Below are positions 10,072 through 20,197 of a stretch of 59,077 bases of DNA, one piece after another. This DNA is from a virus (lineage: Duplodnaviria > Caudoviricetes). The stretch spans positions 1 through 59,077 of IMG/VR virus record IMGVR_UViG_3300032236_001008. One strand, given 5' to 3'. Each line of letters begins with the position of its first letter. Position 1 is the first letter of the stretch. The notes under the pieces were generated by a model. The model was not told the origin of the DNA and did no database searches. It saw nothing but the letters and a program-made list of their open reading frames with translations. Position numbers and translations under genes: made by a program.

Positions 10072-10590
10072 ATGAAAAGAATTATCCCGATCCTTTTATG
10101 GATCCTAGGTAGTATTGCAGTAATCCACTACACAAACCGATATACCCAAATTGAAGAAAACATTATGGCAATTGCAAAATCCACATTAGACTTCATCACC
10201 AAAGAGGAAGGCGCCCGCAACAAGGCATACAAGGACTCTAAGGGTCTGTGGACTATTGGAGTAGGTCACCTCATCAAAGCCGATGAGCAACACCTCATCA
10301 CCGCAACCCTAACAGACGAACAGGTAGAAGACCTCCTTAAAAGCGATTTAAAGTGGTGTAGCCAGGCCGTAGAGAGCTCGGTAAAGGTACCCCTTGCCCA
10401 GCACCAATTTGACGCTCTATACAGCCTATGCTTCAATATTGGAGGCACTAACTTTGCCAAGTCTACTGTTGTTAAAAAAATCAACGAAAATGATATGCAG
10501 GGCGCGGCAGATGCCATTTTGATGTGGAATAAGCCAGAAGTGCTAGTAAACCGCAGAAAACGCGAAAGAGCACTATTTTTAGGGGCGTAA
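10072..10590 (+). CDS. Endolysin, GH24 lysozyme with N-terminal hydrophobic (SAR-like) segment
   Basis: E-x8-D-x5-T catalytic triad (EGARNKAYKDSKGLWT), WTIGVGH, QFDALYSLCFNIG, RRKRE. Confidence 0.9.
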   Translation: MKRIIPILLWILGSIAVIHYTNRYTQIEENIMAIAKSTLDFITKEEGARNKAYKDSKGLWTIGVGHLIKADEQHLITATLTDEQVEDLLKSDLKWCSQAVESSVKVPLAQHQFDALYSLCFNIGGTNFAKSTVVKKINENDMQGAADAILMWNKPEVLVNRRKRERALFLGA

Positions 10591-10613
10591 AACCCCATTT
10601 TTGTGCATTAGTA
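10583..10613 (+). promoter_or_regulatory. Phage promoter GGGCG-N16-TGCATTAGTA
   Basis: One of six exact intergenic copies with identical spacing. Confidence 0.75.
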
Positions 10614-10663
10614 GATATAAGGACTGATCATCCTTTATTCACCCACAACCTATAGGAAACCAA

Positions 10664-12115
10664 ATGGACGGCTTTAAATCACTGCCAAAAATGCAATGCT
10701 TCAGAGAAGGCGGCTCTGTAAAATCTAAACCAATGGCAAAATGCGTTGGCGGCAAAATGAAAGAAGGCGGAAAAGCCGATATTGCCCAAGATAAAGCTAT
10801 CGTTAAAAAAGCATTTGCTATGCACGATAAGCAAGAGCACGGTGGCGAAAAGACAGATTTGTCCAAGCTCAAAAAAGGTGGCCGTTCTAAAAAGGCTGTT
10901 GGCTCTGTTAAAAAATTTAAAACAGGCGGAAGCGTAACTAACGTTTATGAAGCCAAAAAATCTTCTGGTGATAAAGACAATATCCGTAAGACCAAACAGA
11001 TCAAACCAGCTACTGCTGCTGCTCCTTCTAAAGCAGCCACCAAGCCCAATTTTAAAGGCAGTGATGTTGCAAAAGAAAAGAATAAACCGGCGGCCGAGAA
11101 GGACCTTATCAAAAAGGTAAAGCCAACTGGTAACAAGAAAGCTGCTGCTCCATCTGGCGCTGGTGGCCCAGACGCTTTCAAAAAAGGTGGCAAGGTAAAA
11201 AAGTATAACGAGGGCAAATTAGTTGCCCCCGCTGCTGCCGGTCCTGCAGCAAAAGCTCCATCTGCAGCAACAGGCCAAGGACAAATTAGTGATTACGAGC
11301 GTAATCGTATGTCCAACATCAGCAAATTAGATCCAGCCCAACAAGCCGAGTTTGCTAAACAGCAAGCTGAAGCTACTGCTAAATACGGCAAGAAAAAAGG
11401 CGGTAAGATTAAGAAGTTTGCTGACGGTGGTTTGACTGCTGAGGAAAAAGATTGGTTGGGTGGCGCTGACGCCACTGACCCATTTATCCAAGCTCGCATG
11501 CGCGCAGCCCTTGGTCCTAAAAAAGCTGCCCCAGCACCACAGGGTTCATACATCTCTTCTGATGTAGATAACCGTGACGTTGGTCAAACTGGTGGTTCTA
11601 TTGATGACGAAAGCAAATGGGGCAACGTAAGCCCAGCTGCCGCAGCATTTAATAAGAACATCCCTGGCGCAGGTCCTGTAGCTGCTGCTCCTGTTCGTAC
11701 AGCCCCAGCTCCTGCAATGCCAGCTGGTCCAAGCGCTGATGATCGTCTACGTGCTAAGTATGGTCGCCCTGTTCAAGCTCCTAACGTTGAGCAAGACTCT
11801 GGTGTAGCATACCCACAAGGTCGTGGAAATGTTGACGCTTTACGTAGCGCAGTTCTGCCTTCCTTTGGTGGCTCTATGCCTTCTGCTTTCCCAGCACAAA
11901 ATGTAGCTCCACGTCCTGCACAAACTATTCCTAGTGCTAACGTAAGCATGCCTTCTGCATTCCCCGCAGCTAAAGTAGTTCCACGTCCAGCACCGGTTAT
12001 CCCAAGTGCAAACCTTGGTGCTCCAACAAGTTTTGACTCAGCACTATCACGTGTTAAGCGTCGTCCTGTAGTAGCACAAAAACGTGGTGGTAAAGCTGGT
12101 AAGAAAGGCTGCTAA
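10664..12115 (+). CDS. Lys/Ala/Pro-rich low-complexity virion (internal/core) protein
   Basis: 483 aa, many [FMK]xxGGxV-type motifs. Confidence 0.5.
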   Translation: MDGFKSLPKMQCFREGGSVKSKPMAKCVGGKMKEGGKADIAQDKAIVKKAFAMHDKQEHGGEKTDLSKLKKGGRSKKAVGSVKKFKTGGSVTNVYEAKKSSGDKDNIRKTKQIKPATAAAPSKAATKPNFKGSDVAKEKNKPAAEKDLIKKVKPTGNKKAAAPSGAGGPDAFKKGGKVKKYNEGKLVAPAAAGPAAKAPSAATGQGQISDYERNRMSNISKLDPAQQAEFAKQQAEATAKYGKKKGGKIKKFADGGLTAEEKDWLGGADATDPFIQARMRAALGPKKAAPAPQGSYISSDVDNRDVGQTGGSIDDESKWGNVSPAAAAFNKNIPGAGPVAAAPVRTAPAPAMPAGPSADDRLRAKYGRPVQAPNVEQDSGVAYPQGRGNVDALRSAVLPSFGGSMPSAFPAQNVAPRPAQTIPSANVSMPSAFPAAKVVPRPAPVIPSANLGAPTSFDSALSRVKRRPVVAQKRGGKAGKKGC

Positions 12116-12282
12116 TGCCAATCAAATCTAAAGCACAGCTAGGTGCAATGTATGCCGCAGCTGAGGGTAAGTCTACCCTCGGCATTCCTAAAAAAGTTGG
12201 TAAAGAGTTTGTCAAAGCTGGTAAAGCTAAACCAAACTTGCCACAAAAAGTACAAAAGCGAGCCGCTGGCCGCGGGAGATAA
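12115..12282 (+). CDS. Small basic protein
   Basis: 55 aa hand-translated [35 protein letters not shown]; TAATG coupling. Confidence 0.6.
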   Translation: MPIKSKAQLGAMYAAAEGKSTLGIPKKVGKEFVKAGKAKPNLPQKVQKRAAGRGR

Positions 12283-12285
12283 TCT

Positions 12286-13365
12286 GTGGCATATTCTGGC
12301 ACATACAACCAAACTAAGGTTAACGTTGATGAGTTAATTTCCTACGCCTACCGTGACGCAGGAAAAACCTCAGAAGAGATGACGCCTGAGTATGTACAAG
12401 CTGGCAAACAGGCTTTGTTCTACATACTCCAAAACTCTGTAAACCGTGGTATTAATATCTGGTTGCAAGAGGTTGTAGTTTTGGGCGCTCAAACAAACCA
12501 GCAAGTTTTACCAATGCCAGCCAACTGCGTTGACGTATTGGAAGCTAACTGGATCTACATTGTAAATCCAACTTTCTCCGCTACACTCCCTACAGACAAT
12601 CCAAACGTATACACCCTATTTGATCAGTCTGGAAATGCTGATCTAAACCAACACGTCACTACAACGCTTTCTAAAAATTACTTTGGTGCAGCTTACTCTC
12701 AGGCTACGAGGTTATACTATGTTGGCTTTAACGCTTATGCTCCTGGTGGCAGTGCTATTTACGATTTGGATTTTCAAGTAAGCACTGACGGTGTTACATG
12801 GACTACTTGGGAATCCTTTCCGTCAGTAACATTAGCTGATAGACAATGGCAATACTATGGAATCAATACCACCCAAGCTTTTAATTATTATCGTTTATCT
12901 AATCGCAATAGCGGTAGCACCTATTCTCTACGCGCTATACAATTTGCACAATCGCAACAAGTAATTCCTATGGCACGACTCAATCGTACCGATTACTTCT
13001 CGTTGCCAAACAAACAATTCCCAAGCCAACGCACACTACAGTACTGGTTTAATCGTCAGGTTGATCCAGAGATGTATCTATGGCCTGTGCCTAACAACAA
13101 CTTCCAAGCATTCTCGATGATCCTGGAATGCCAACCACAAGACGTTGGTTCGTTGACTAATACCTTGTACATGCCTGATCGTGCGTTAAACTATTTCCAA
13201 ATGGCTCTATCGCATAGATTATCTATGCAGTTACCAAACATTGATTCAACTCGTATTAGCTATTTGGAACAACAAGCGTTGCAAGCACGTCAAGACTTTG
13301 AAGATGAAGATCGTGATAAGTCACCGATCTACTTCCAACCTAATATCAGTTACTATACACGATGA
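12286..13365 (+). CDS. Head-tail adaptor / tail tubular A-like protein with inserted discoidin-like domain
   Basis: N- and C-terminal adaptor-like segments (YLWPVP) flanking FQVSTDGVTW..YYRL beta-sandwich. Confidence 0.55.
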   Translation: MAYSGTYNQTKVNVDELISYAYRDAGKTSEEMTPEYVQAGKQALFYILQNSVNRGINIWLQEVVVLGAQTNQQVLPMPANCVDVLEANWIYIVNPTFSATLPTDNPNVYTLFDQSGNADLNQHVTTTLSKNYFGAAYSQATRLYYVGFNAYAPGGSAIYDLDFQVSTDGVTWTTWESFPSVTLADRQWQYYGINTTQAFNYYRLSNRNSGSTYSLRAIQFAQSQQVIPMARLNRTDYFSLPNKQFPSQRTLQYWFNRQVDPEMYLWPVPNNNFQAFSMILECQPQDVGSLTNTLYMPDRALNYFQMALSHRLSMQLPNIDSTRISYLEQQALQARQDFEDEDRDKSPIYFQPNISYYTR

Positions 13366-13982
13366 CTACAGCATACGTTCAAACCTATGACAACTTGGTT
13401 GCAGATGTCATCACCTATATGGAGCGTGATGACGCTGGCTTTATAGCGCAAATTCCAAGCCTAATTGGTTTGGCGGAATCTGCTATTGCTGCCGAGTTAA
13501 AGTCTTTGTTGCAGTTGGTAGTTGTTGAAACTACACTAACTGCAACTAACCCTGTGCTTACCAAACCTACTCGTTGGAGAAAAACAATCTCCATGAAGAT
13601 CAATGGTAAGCCCGTGGTAATGCGTTCACAAGACTATATTGCACAATATAACTCTGAATCATCTACAGGTCAGCCACAGTACTATGCTGAGTATGATTAC
13701 AACAACTGGAACTTTGCTCCTATTCCAGATCAAAATTACCCAGTAGAAATCATTTATTACAGTTTGGTTCAGCCATTGGATTCAACAAACCAAACCAATC
13801 TATTCACACAAGTTGCCCCACAGGCAATGTTGTTTGGCACTTTATTGCAAGCTCAAGGCTATTTAAAAGCACTGGACAAATTACCAGTGTGGAAACAATA
13901 CTACACAGATTGTATTGATGCCCTCAAGAAAGAAGACGATTCACGTCGTATTGATCGCAATACAACAGTACAGGAACCTTAA
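13362..13982 (+). CDS. Head-tail adaptor protein
   Basis: TYDNLVADV..GQPQYYA..FAPIPDQNY..LFGTL motifs. Confidence 0.55.
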   Translation: MTTAYVQTYDNLVADVITYMERDDAGFIAQIPSLIGLAESAIAAELKSLLQLVVVETTLTATNPVLTKPTRWRKTISMKINGKPVVMRSQDYIAQYNSESSTGQPQYYAEYDYNNWNFAPIPDQNYPVEIIYYSLVQPLDSTNQTNLFTQVAPQAMLFGTLLQAQGYLKALDKLPVWKQYYTDCIDALKKEDDSRRIDRNTTVQEP

Positions 13983-13985
13983 TCC

Positions 13986-15269
13986 ATGCCGTCCTACGTA
14001 TCGCCATTTACCGGTGACGTTGTCCAGCAAACGGACGTTACATACTATGCGTTAGCCTTTAGTGCCAATACACAGCTGTATTGGCCTTTAGTGCTTAATG
14101 GTGCACAAGTACCTGCTTCACGCATTATGGATTGTACGCCATCTACCAGCGGCTTAACAGTGTTTTTACCAGACGCCTCACAAGGCTCAACTGGTATTGA
14201 CATTTTGTTCCGTAACTTTGGCTCACAGACATTTTACGTTGCGCAGTACGGTGGGTCTGGCTCTGTAGCAATTCCAGCTGGCGTATCTAAGTATTTTTAC
14301 TTGTCAGACAATACCACTCAAGCTGGTGTATGGCAAAACGTAACCTTTGGTACCGGTACATCTTCTGCTGATGCAGCCACTTTGGCTGGCGCTGGTCTTG
14401 CTGCTATCTCAGGCCAACTGGCAGTTACTCAAAGCGTACAAGTTTCTTCCTCATCCCCAACCATTAATGACGCAAGCCGTGCTAAGACTTATGTTTGGAG
14501 CGGTGGTAATGGCACATTTACTTTACCAAATCCAACAGGCTTATCAGCTGGTTGGTGGATTGGATTTAGAAATAGTGGCACAGGCACATTAAATTTAGTG
14601 ACTGTTGGCGGAGCTTTAATTAACGGTGCTGCTAACGTTACAGCAAACCCCGGCAACTCTGGTTTTATTTTTTACCAAGAGTCCACTGGTAATTTTTATA
14701 CCATTGGTTTACAAACACCAACCAACGTAACCTTTACCTCTGCGGTATATGACGTTGACAATATCATTGGGCCAACATTAAGCCTTGTTAGCTTTGCCCC
14801 AATTATTCAGACTTATGTGTCGTTGTCTGGCACACGTACTACTCCGCTAGAAGTTATCCTACCAGCAACCACAGCGTTGTACATTTTGATTAATGATACA
14901 ACCACAACGCTGTATGACATCTCGTTTGCTATTTCTGGATCTAGTGCAACTCCTACCGTATTGGCTCCTGGTCAAATTATTACTGCGTTATCTGATGGCA
15001 ATCAGTTAATTATTTTATCGCAAAATTCATCTACATATTACTACGGCGCTGATGGTTCTGCTGCATTACCAACATTCTCATTTTTATCAGACACCACAAC
15101 GGGCATGTATTTATTATCTGCTGGTGTATTAGGATTGACAGCAAACGGCGCCAACATATTAACATTAGACGGATCTACCCCAAGTACCCCAGCTATTTCA
15201 TCTGTGGCCTCAATTTCAACTAGCAAAACAGTTACCGCAGAAGGCGGTGTTTTAGGCGGAACATTCTAA
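13986..15269 (+). CDS. Tail/fibre attachment protein
   Basis: 427 aa beta-rich; DGSAALPTFSFLSDTTTGMY motif; ends GGTF. Confidence 0.55.
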   Translation: MPSYVSPFTGDVVQQTDVTYYALAFSANTQLYWPLVLNGAQVPASRIMDCTPSTSGLTVFLPDASQGSTGIDILFRNFGSQTFYVAQYGGSGSVAIPAGVSKYFYLSDNTTQAGVWQNVTFGTGTSSADAATLAGAGLAAISGQLAVTQSVQVSSSSPTINDASRAKTYVWSGGNGTFTLPNPTGLSAGWWIGFRNSGTGTLNLVTVGGALINGAANVTANPGNSGFIFYQESTGNFYTIGLQTPTNVTFTSAVYDVDNIIGPTLSLVSFAPIIQTYVSLSGTRTTPLEVILPATTALYILINDTTTTLYDISFAISGSSATPTVLAPGQIITALSDGNQLIILSQNSSTYYYGADGSAALPTFSFLSDTTTGMYLLSAGVLGLTANGANILTLDGSTPSTPAISSVASISTSKTVTAEGGVLGGTF

Positions 15270-17413
15270 TGGCAGCACAACAAGATTCCGGCACATCACA
15301 AGAACAGTATAATTTAGTTTATACCCTTGGCGTACAGCCAGGTATCAAGCGTGACGGTACTAACTTTGAGTCACGTGAATACCAAGACGGCGTATGGTGC
15401 CGTTTCCAACGTGGCACACCTAAAAAAATGGGTGGCTATCGTGAAATCTTTGGTACGTTTACTGGCATACCACGTGGTATGATTGTTAGCCCATATAACG
15501 GTGTTAACTACATTTTTGCTGGTAACGCTACTGGTATTGATGTGTTTATTACTGGTAACACGATTGGTGTTGGCTCTGGTCCGTACATTGCTAATATATT
15601 GCCAGGCTACTCTGAGTTTGCTGTAGCGTCAAACACAGCACACACTTTTACTATTTATGGTGGTGCAACCACACCAAAAGATTACACATCTGTATTTCCA
15701 GCTGGCACTAAGGTTATATTTGCTCAGACAAACCCAGCTACTGTATACAACGTAACTGGTTCTGTTTTTACAACACCAAATACCGTTGTAACCGTTACAG
15801 AAACCATTACAGGTACTAAATCAAACGTATGGCTTTATAATACACACTATTCGCCAGATGCTCGTAACTTGTGGCAGTTTGATTTACAATACTCTCCTGT
15901 TGGCGCAGCTCTAAAAGTATTGGCTCACCCGGGTTTAAACTTACTTAACATTGACAACGCTGAAGATACTCAAGTATTAGTAGGTGACATTTTGCCAGCT
16001 AGCGCTGGCGTATGGAACTTTTATGGTTTGGCTGACTCAACTGGCCAACAACCAACATACAAACCTATTAGCGTTAACGGTGGTGTGTGCGTATTGTATC
16101 CGTACATATTTGTGTACGGCGATAATGGTTACATCGCAAATAACCACGTTGAGACAACCTACGGAACTCAGACGCTAACCGATTGGAACGGCGCAACCGC
16201 CAACCAGATCAACATGTCGTCTTCCAAAATTGTTAAAGGTATTCCAGTGCGTGGTGGTACAAACTCACCATCTGGTTTGTTCTGGGCTACTGACTCACTA
16301 ATTCGTGTGTCTTTTGTTGGTACCGCACCGCTATATTGGCGTTACGATATTATTTCCAGCCAGATCTCAACCATGTCATCATCTTGTTTTGTGGAGATGG
16401 ACGGCGTGTACTATTGGCTTGGCGTTGACCGTTTCTATCTATACAACGGTGTTGTTAACGTTTTAGCTAATGATAAAAACGTAAACTGGCTATTTGACAA
16501 CATTAACTTCTCAGCACGTCAAAAAGTATGGGCTACCAAAGTCCCACGCTATAACGAGATCTGGTTCTTTTATCCTAGAGGTTCTTCTACCGAAGTAACC
16601 GATGCTATTATCTACAACGTTAAAGATAAGATTTGGTATGATGCTGGCCAAGCAGATGGCGCTCGCCGTTCTTGTGGATACACCACAGAAATTTTCCCAA
16701 CTCCTATTTGGGCTGGTTGGGACTATGATGTTACTTACAGTAACCCATTAACTTTGATTGCTACACCATCCGGTGAGCCAGCGCCTACAGCTAAACAGTT
16801 TTATTTAGCTGGCGACCAAACTCCATCGTTCTCTCCAGGTGACCACTTTTCATTCTCAAACGCCGGTAACCCAGCTACTCCAGTTTATACGGTAGATAAC
16901 AGTCAATTAATTATTGATAGTTTTGTGCCGGCACCTGGTGTTACATTAGTTACAGCAACAACCAACTTTGTACCTGGTGTAACGGCTGGTGATGTGGTAT
17001 ACTACATGGAAGGTGGATATGGAATTTGGCAACAAGAATATGGTTACAATAAAGTGTCTTTATCTTCAGAGACAGCTATTACTTCTAGCTTTACAACTTG
17101 TGATATTAGCTGGGTTGGTGGGACACCTTCCCAAGACACAACCTCAGGACCAAACCGCCGTATGCACTTGCGACGTGTAGAGCCAGACTTTGTACAAAAT
17201 GGCCAAATGACTATGGAAGTAAACGGTCGTAAGTTTGCTAGAGGCAATGTGGAAAACTCTGGGCCATTTTATTTTGACCCAGATACTGGCAAAATTGACT
17301 TGCGTGTAGAGCATCGTGAACTTACCCTCACATTTACCTCCAATATTATTGACGGTAACTATGAAATGGGTCGTTTGCTAATTACCGCAGAATACGGTGA
17401 CGAGCGCCCATAA
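15269..17413 (+). CDS. Tail nozzle / packaged-DNA stabilisation protein (P22 gp10 / T7 gp12-like)
   Basis: 714 aa beta-propeller-like; VYYWLG.DRFYLYNG, NEIWFFYP, YNVKDKIWY. Confidence 0.65.
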   Translation: MAAQQDSGTSQEQYNLVYTLGVQPGIKRDGTNFESREYQDGVWCRFQRGTPKKMGGYREIFGTFTGIPRGMIVSPYNGVNYIFAGNATGIDVFITGNTIGVGSGPYIANILPGYSEFAVASNTAHTFTIYGGATTPKDYTSVFPAGTKVIFAQTNPATVYNVTGSVFTTPNTVVTVTETITGTKSNVWLYNTHYSPDARNLWQFDLQYSPVGAALKVLAHPGLNLLNIDNAEDTQVLVGDILPASAGVWNFYGLADSTGQQPTYKPISVNGGVCVLYPYIFVYGDNGYIANNHVETTYGTQTLTDWNGATANQINMSSSKIVKGIPVRGGTNSPSGLFWATDSLIRVSFVGTAPLYWRYDIISSQISTMSSSCFVEMDGVYYWLGVDRFYLYNGVVNVLANDKNVNWLFDNINFSARQKVWATKVPRYNEIWFFYPRGSSTEVTDAIIYNVKDKIWYDAGQADGARRSCGYTTEIFPTPIWAGWDYDVTYSNPLTLIATPSGEPAPTAKQFYLAGDQTPSFSPGDHFSFSNAGNPATPVYTVDNSQLIIDSFVPAPGVTLVTATTNFVPGVTAGDVVYYMEGGYGIWQQEYGYNKVSLSSETAITSSFTTCDISWVGGTPSQDTTSGPNRRMHLRRVEPDFVQNGQMTMEVNGRKFARGNVENSGPFYFDPDTGKIDLRVEHRELTLTFTSNIIDGNYEMGRLLITAEYGDERP

Positions 17414-17664
17414 TGGCATTACAAGACTTTTTTCCTTGTATCCCAGAACATATGACCTGGGAAGACTGGAACTGTAACGTAGTACTATATTTTGGGGCAC
17501 AACCGATTGCCCATGGTAAGGAAGAAGACTGGCAAACCATAGCTAAAAACATTTGCCAGTTACCATTTTTTGAAGTATACCCAATTGCCGATCCAACGCT
17601 ATTTGATAAATGGCAGGATTGGGCAAACAATTTTACCTTAATTATCAACGGCCCATCTCGTTAA
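17413..17664 (+). CDS. Hypothetical virion protein
   Basis: 83 aa, Trp-rich, coupled to upstream gene. Confidence 0.5.
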   Translation: MALQDFFPCIPEHMTWEDWNCNVVLYFGAQPIAHGKEEDWQTIAKNICQLPFFEVYPIADPTLFDKWQDWANNFTLIINGPSR

Positions 17665-17667
17665 TTA

Positions 17668-17698
17668 GGGCGAAAAACACATTTTCTTTGCATTAGTA
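17668..17698 (+). promoter_or_regulatory. Phage promoter GGGCG-N16-TGCATTAGTA
   Basis: Exact motif, intergenic. Confidence 0.75.
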
Positions 17699-17731
17699 TA
17701 TGTAAGGGATATAGATTAAATAGGATTAAAT

Positions 17732-18193
17732 ATGACCCAAATGGTCGACAGCCATCAGCAAAAACTAAGCACAGACCAGATCGTTCAGATTGCGTCTGAA
17801 AACACTCGCGCCCCCTATCCATTCAAAAAAGTGTATATGCTGTTCGTTGCCGAAATGGGCATGCCAAATACTAAACTATATAAAATAGGCAATACTTTGT
17901 TTATTATCCACCCTTCTGACAATGATCCAACATACGGCATCTTCCGTGCGCTAAACGCCGACACCGCTAGAAACTTTGTTGAGAATGGTAAAGAGTTTGT
18001 TGACCGTGCAGTATCTGATGGTTTTAAAGCATTAAAAACCCAGTTTTCAGATCCAAGTATATTACAAATATTTAATATCATTGGGCGTGAAGAACAGGAA
18101 CTACAAAACCCAAATTTGGGTTACGCTGTAGGACGTGCCAAAAATGGCGACTATAGCGTTTCATTGATGCTCGGTGAAAGAAGGGGTCAATAA
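17732..18193 (+). CDS. Hypothetical protein (possible GNAT-fold, T7 gp13 position)
   Basis: 153 aa preceding ejection proteins; fold is a positional inference. Confidence 0.35.
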   Translation: MTQMVDSHQQKLSTDQIVQIASENTRAPYPFKKVYMLFVAEMGMPNTKLYKIGNTLFIIHPSDNDPTYGIFRALNADTARNFVENGKEFVDRAVSDGFKALKTQFSDPSILQIFNIIGREEQELQNPNLGYAVGRAKNGDYSVSLMLGERRGQ

Positions 18194-20196
18194 TGGGTGC
18201 CGTAGCAGAAGTAGTATCAGACGTAGTTGATCCGGTAGCACAGGTTGTTGGCCAAGTAGAAGATACTGTTGTACATGCTGCTGAACAAGTTGGTAAAGCA
18301 GTAGAGCAAGTTGGTCAGCAAGTTGGTAAAACTGTTGAAGCTATGGCTCAAGACCCAGCTAAAGCGTTACCGCTTATTGCTGTTGCTGTCTTAGCCCCAG
18401 AAGTTGCCCCGTTGTTGTGGGAAGGCGCTACTACTGCTGAAGCAGCTATGGTGCTTAACACTGGTATGCAATTAGCGCAAGGCGCAGATCCAGTTCAAGT
18501 TGCTGAGAATCTTGCTACCAGTGCAGCAACCATGGGCGTAACCCAAAACCTAGGCATATCTACAGGATTTAATCCTCTTGATAAAGCGATAGGAAGTGCA
18601 GCCAGTGCTGCAATCCAAGGTCAAGATGTAAACAAAGCAATTGGTTCTTCTATTGGTAACCAATTAATTGGTGGTGCAATTAACCAAGGTGTAGATGCTG
18701 GTAAAGGTGCAATTGCTGATAACAGCAGTAGCAGCCAAGATAATGCTCCAGCACAGTCATACAGCGATTTAAGCCATGATATGACAGCACCTGCTCCAGA
18801 TACATCAACTGCGAGCAATGATACTGCGTTACCTAACGACGCCATTTCAACATCCCAAACATTTAGAGATGCTATTGCAAATGGCTTCTCGCCACAAGAA
18901 GCATACGCTATCGCTCAAGGACAAAACGATGCTACCACATCTGGTCCATCACCATATGCTCCTACAGCAAGTAACACAACTAGCGATCAACCAGATGCAA
19001 GCGTCACTGTAAGCGGTGCTCCTGACACTGGCGCCGCAGTTACAAACTTACCACAGCAAACTAAAGAAGAGTTAGATCAAGAGTTGGCAGATGGTAAGAT
19101 CACACAAGAAGAATACGATAGAGCTTTACCAAATGCTTCTACTGTTTCTAAATCAGAACAAGACTATGTAGACCCACAGGGGGCTCTTAGCCAAGTTGGT
19201 GGTGACTCTTCAACAGCTAAAGAGCCTTCTCCAACCGATGGTGTAGTTGATGCCAACAAAACTGGCGACAATATTAAATATACCTATGATGATGGTTCTA
19301 CATTAACTGTTAGCTCAAAAGGCGAAGTTATTGATGTAACAGAAGCCACCGATACAGGTACGCCAGATGATTATCAAGAAACCCCTGATGAAAAATCGGG
19401 TTCTGGTTTCTCTTTAAAACTAGGCTCTGGTGCAAAACAATCCAATGCTGCTGCGGCTCGTTCAAGACTAATTAAAGGTTCTGGGTCTGGAACATCTGGT
19501 GGCGCCACATCAAGCGCACCTGTTACAAGTGGTTCTTCTTCGGGTTTAAGTTTCTTAGGTGATACACAAACCGGTACTTCATTAACACAAGGTTCTTCTT
19601 CTGGCAACCCAGATTATAGCCTTATTGGTGAAACAAGCCAGCAAGACGAAAACATGGCAACAGGTGGTTATGTTCAGCACATGGCTGCTGGTAGTACACC
19701 AACTTCAACACCTGGTGTTTATGATTTAAGTTCTAGTGTATCCTCTCCATTCTTAGGTGGCGGCGGTGACATTATGAAATTAAGCCCAGGTGTTATTAAA
19801 GGCAAAACAAATTACGCATTACCTGGTTATCCATTTGGTCAAGAATGGAAATTGGCTTCTGTTGGTGGCGCCATTGAGAATGCACCAGAAGGACACAACC
19901 CAGAGTTCTTTAGTGAAGGTGGTTTAAACTCAATGCAGCACACCTATTTAAAAGGTGGTGGTGATGGCACAAGCGACAGTATTCCAGCTATGTTGGCTAA
20001 TGGTGAGTTTGTCATTCCAGCTGACGTTGTCTCTAGTCTTGGGAATGGTAGCAGCGACAGTGGTGCTAAAGTACTTGATGAATTTTTAAAAACTATTCGC
20101 GCCCACAAGCGCAAGGCAGATCCTAAAAAACTGCCACCAGATAGTAAGGGCCCGTTGGGTTATTTGAAAGACGCTAAGAAAAAAGTGAAGAAATAA
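18193..20196 (+). CDS. Internal virion/ejection protein
   Basis: 667 aa acidic/G-S-rich; C-terminal GDGTSDSIPAMLANGEFVIPADVV motif. Confidence 0.55.
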   Translation: MGAVAEVVSDVVDPVAQVVGQVEDTVVHAAEQVGKAVEQVGQQVGKTVEAMAQDPAKALPLIAVAVLAPEVAPLLWEGATTAEAAMVLNTGMQLAQGADPVQVAENLATSAATMGVTQNLGISTGFNPLDKAIGSAASAAIQGQDVNKAIGSSIGNQLIGGAINQGVDAGKGAIADNSSSSQDNAPAQSYSDLSHDMTAPAPDTSTASNDTALPNDAISTSQTFRDAIANGFSPQEAYAIAQGQNDATTSGPSPYAPTASNTTSDQPDASVTVSGAPDTGAAVTNLPQQTKEELDQELADGKITQEEYDRALPNASTVSKSEQDYVDPQGALSQVGGDSSTAKEPSPTDGVVDANKTGDNIKYTYDDGSTLTVSSKGEVIDVTEATDTGTPDDYQETPDEKSGSGFSLKLGSGAKQSNAAAARSRLIKGSGSGTSGGATSSAPVTSGSSSGLSFLGDTQTGTSLTQGSSSGNPDYSLIGETSQQDENMATGGYVQHMAAGSTPTSTPGVYDLSSSVSSPFLGGGGDIMKLSPGVIKGKTNYALPGYPFGQEWKLASVGGAIENAPEGHNPEFFSEGGLNSMQHTYLKGGGDGTSDSIPAMLANGEFVIPADVVSSLGNGSSDSGAKVLDEFLKTIRAHKRKADPKKLPPDSKGPLGYLKDAKKKVKK

Positions 20197-20197
20197 T

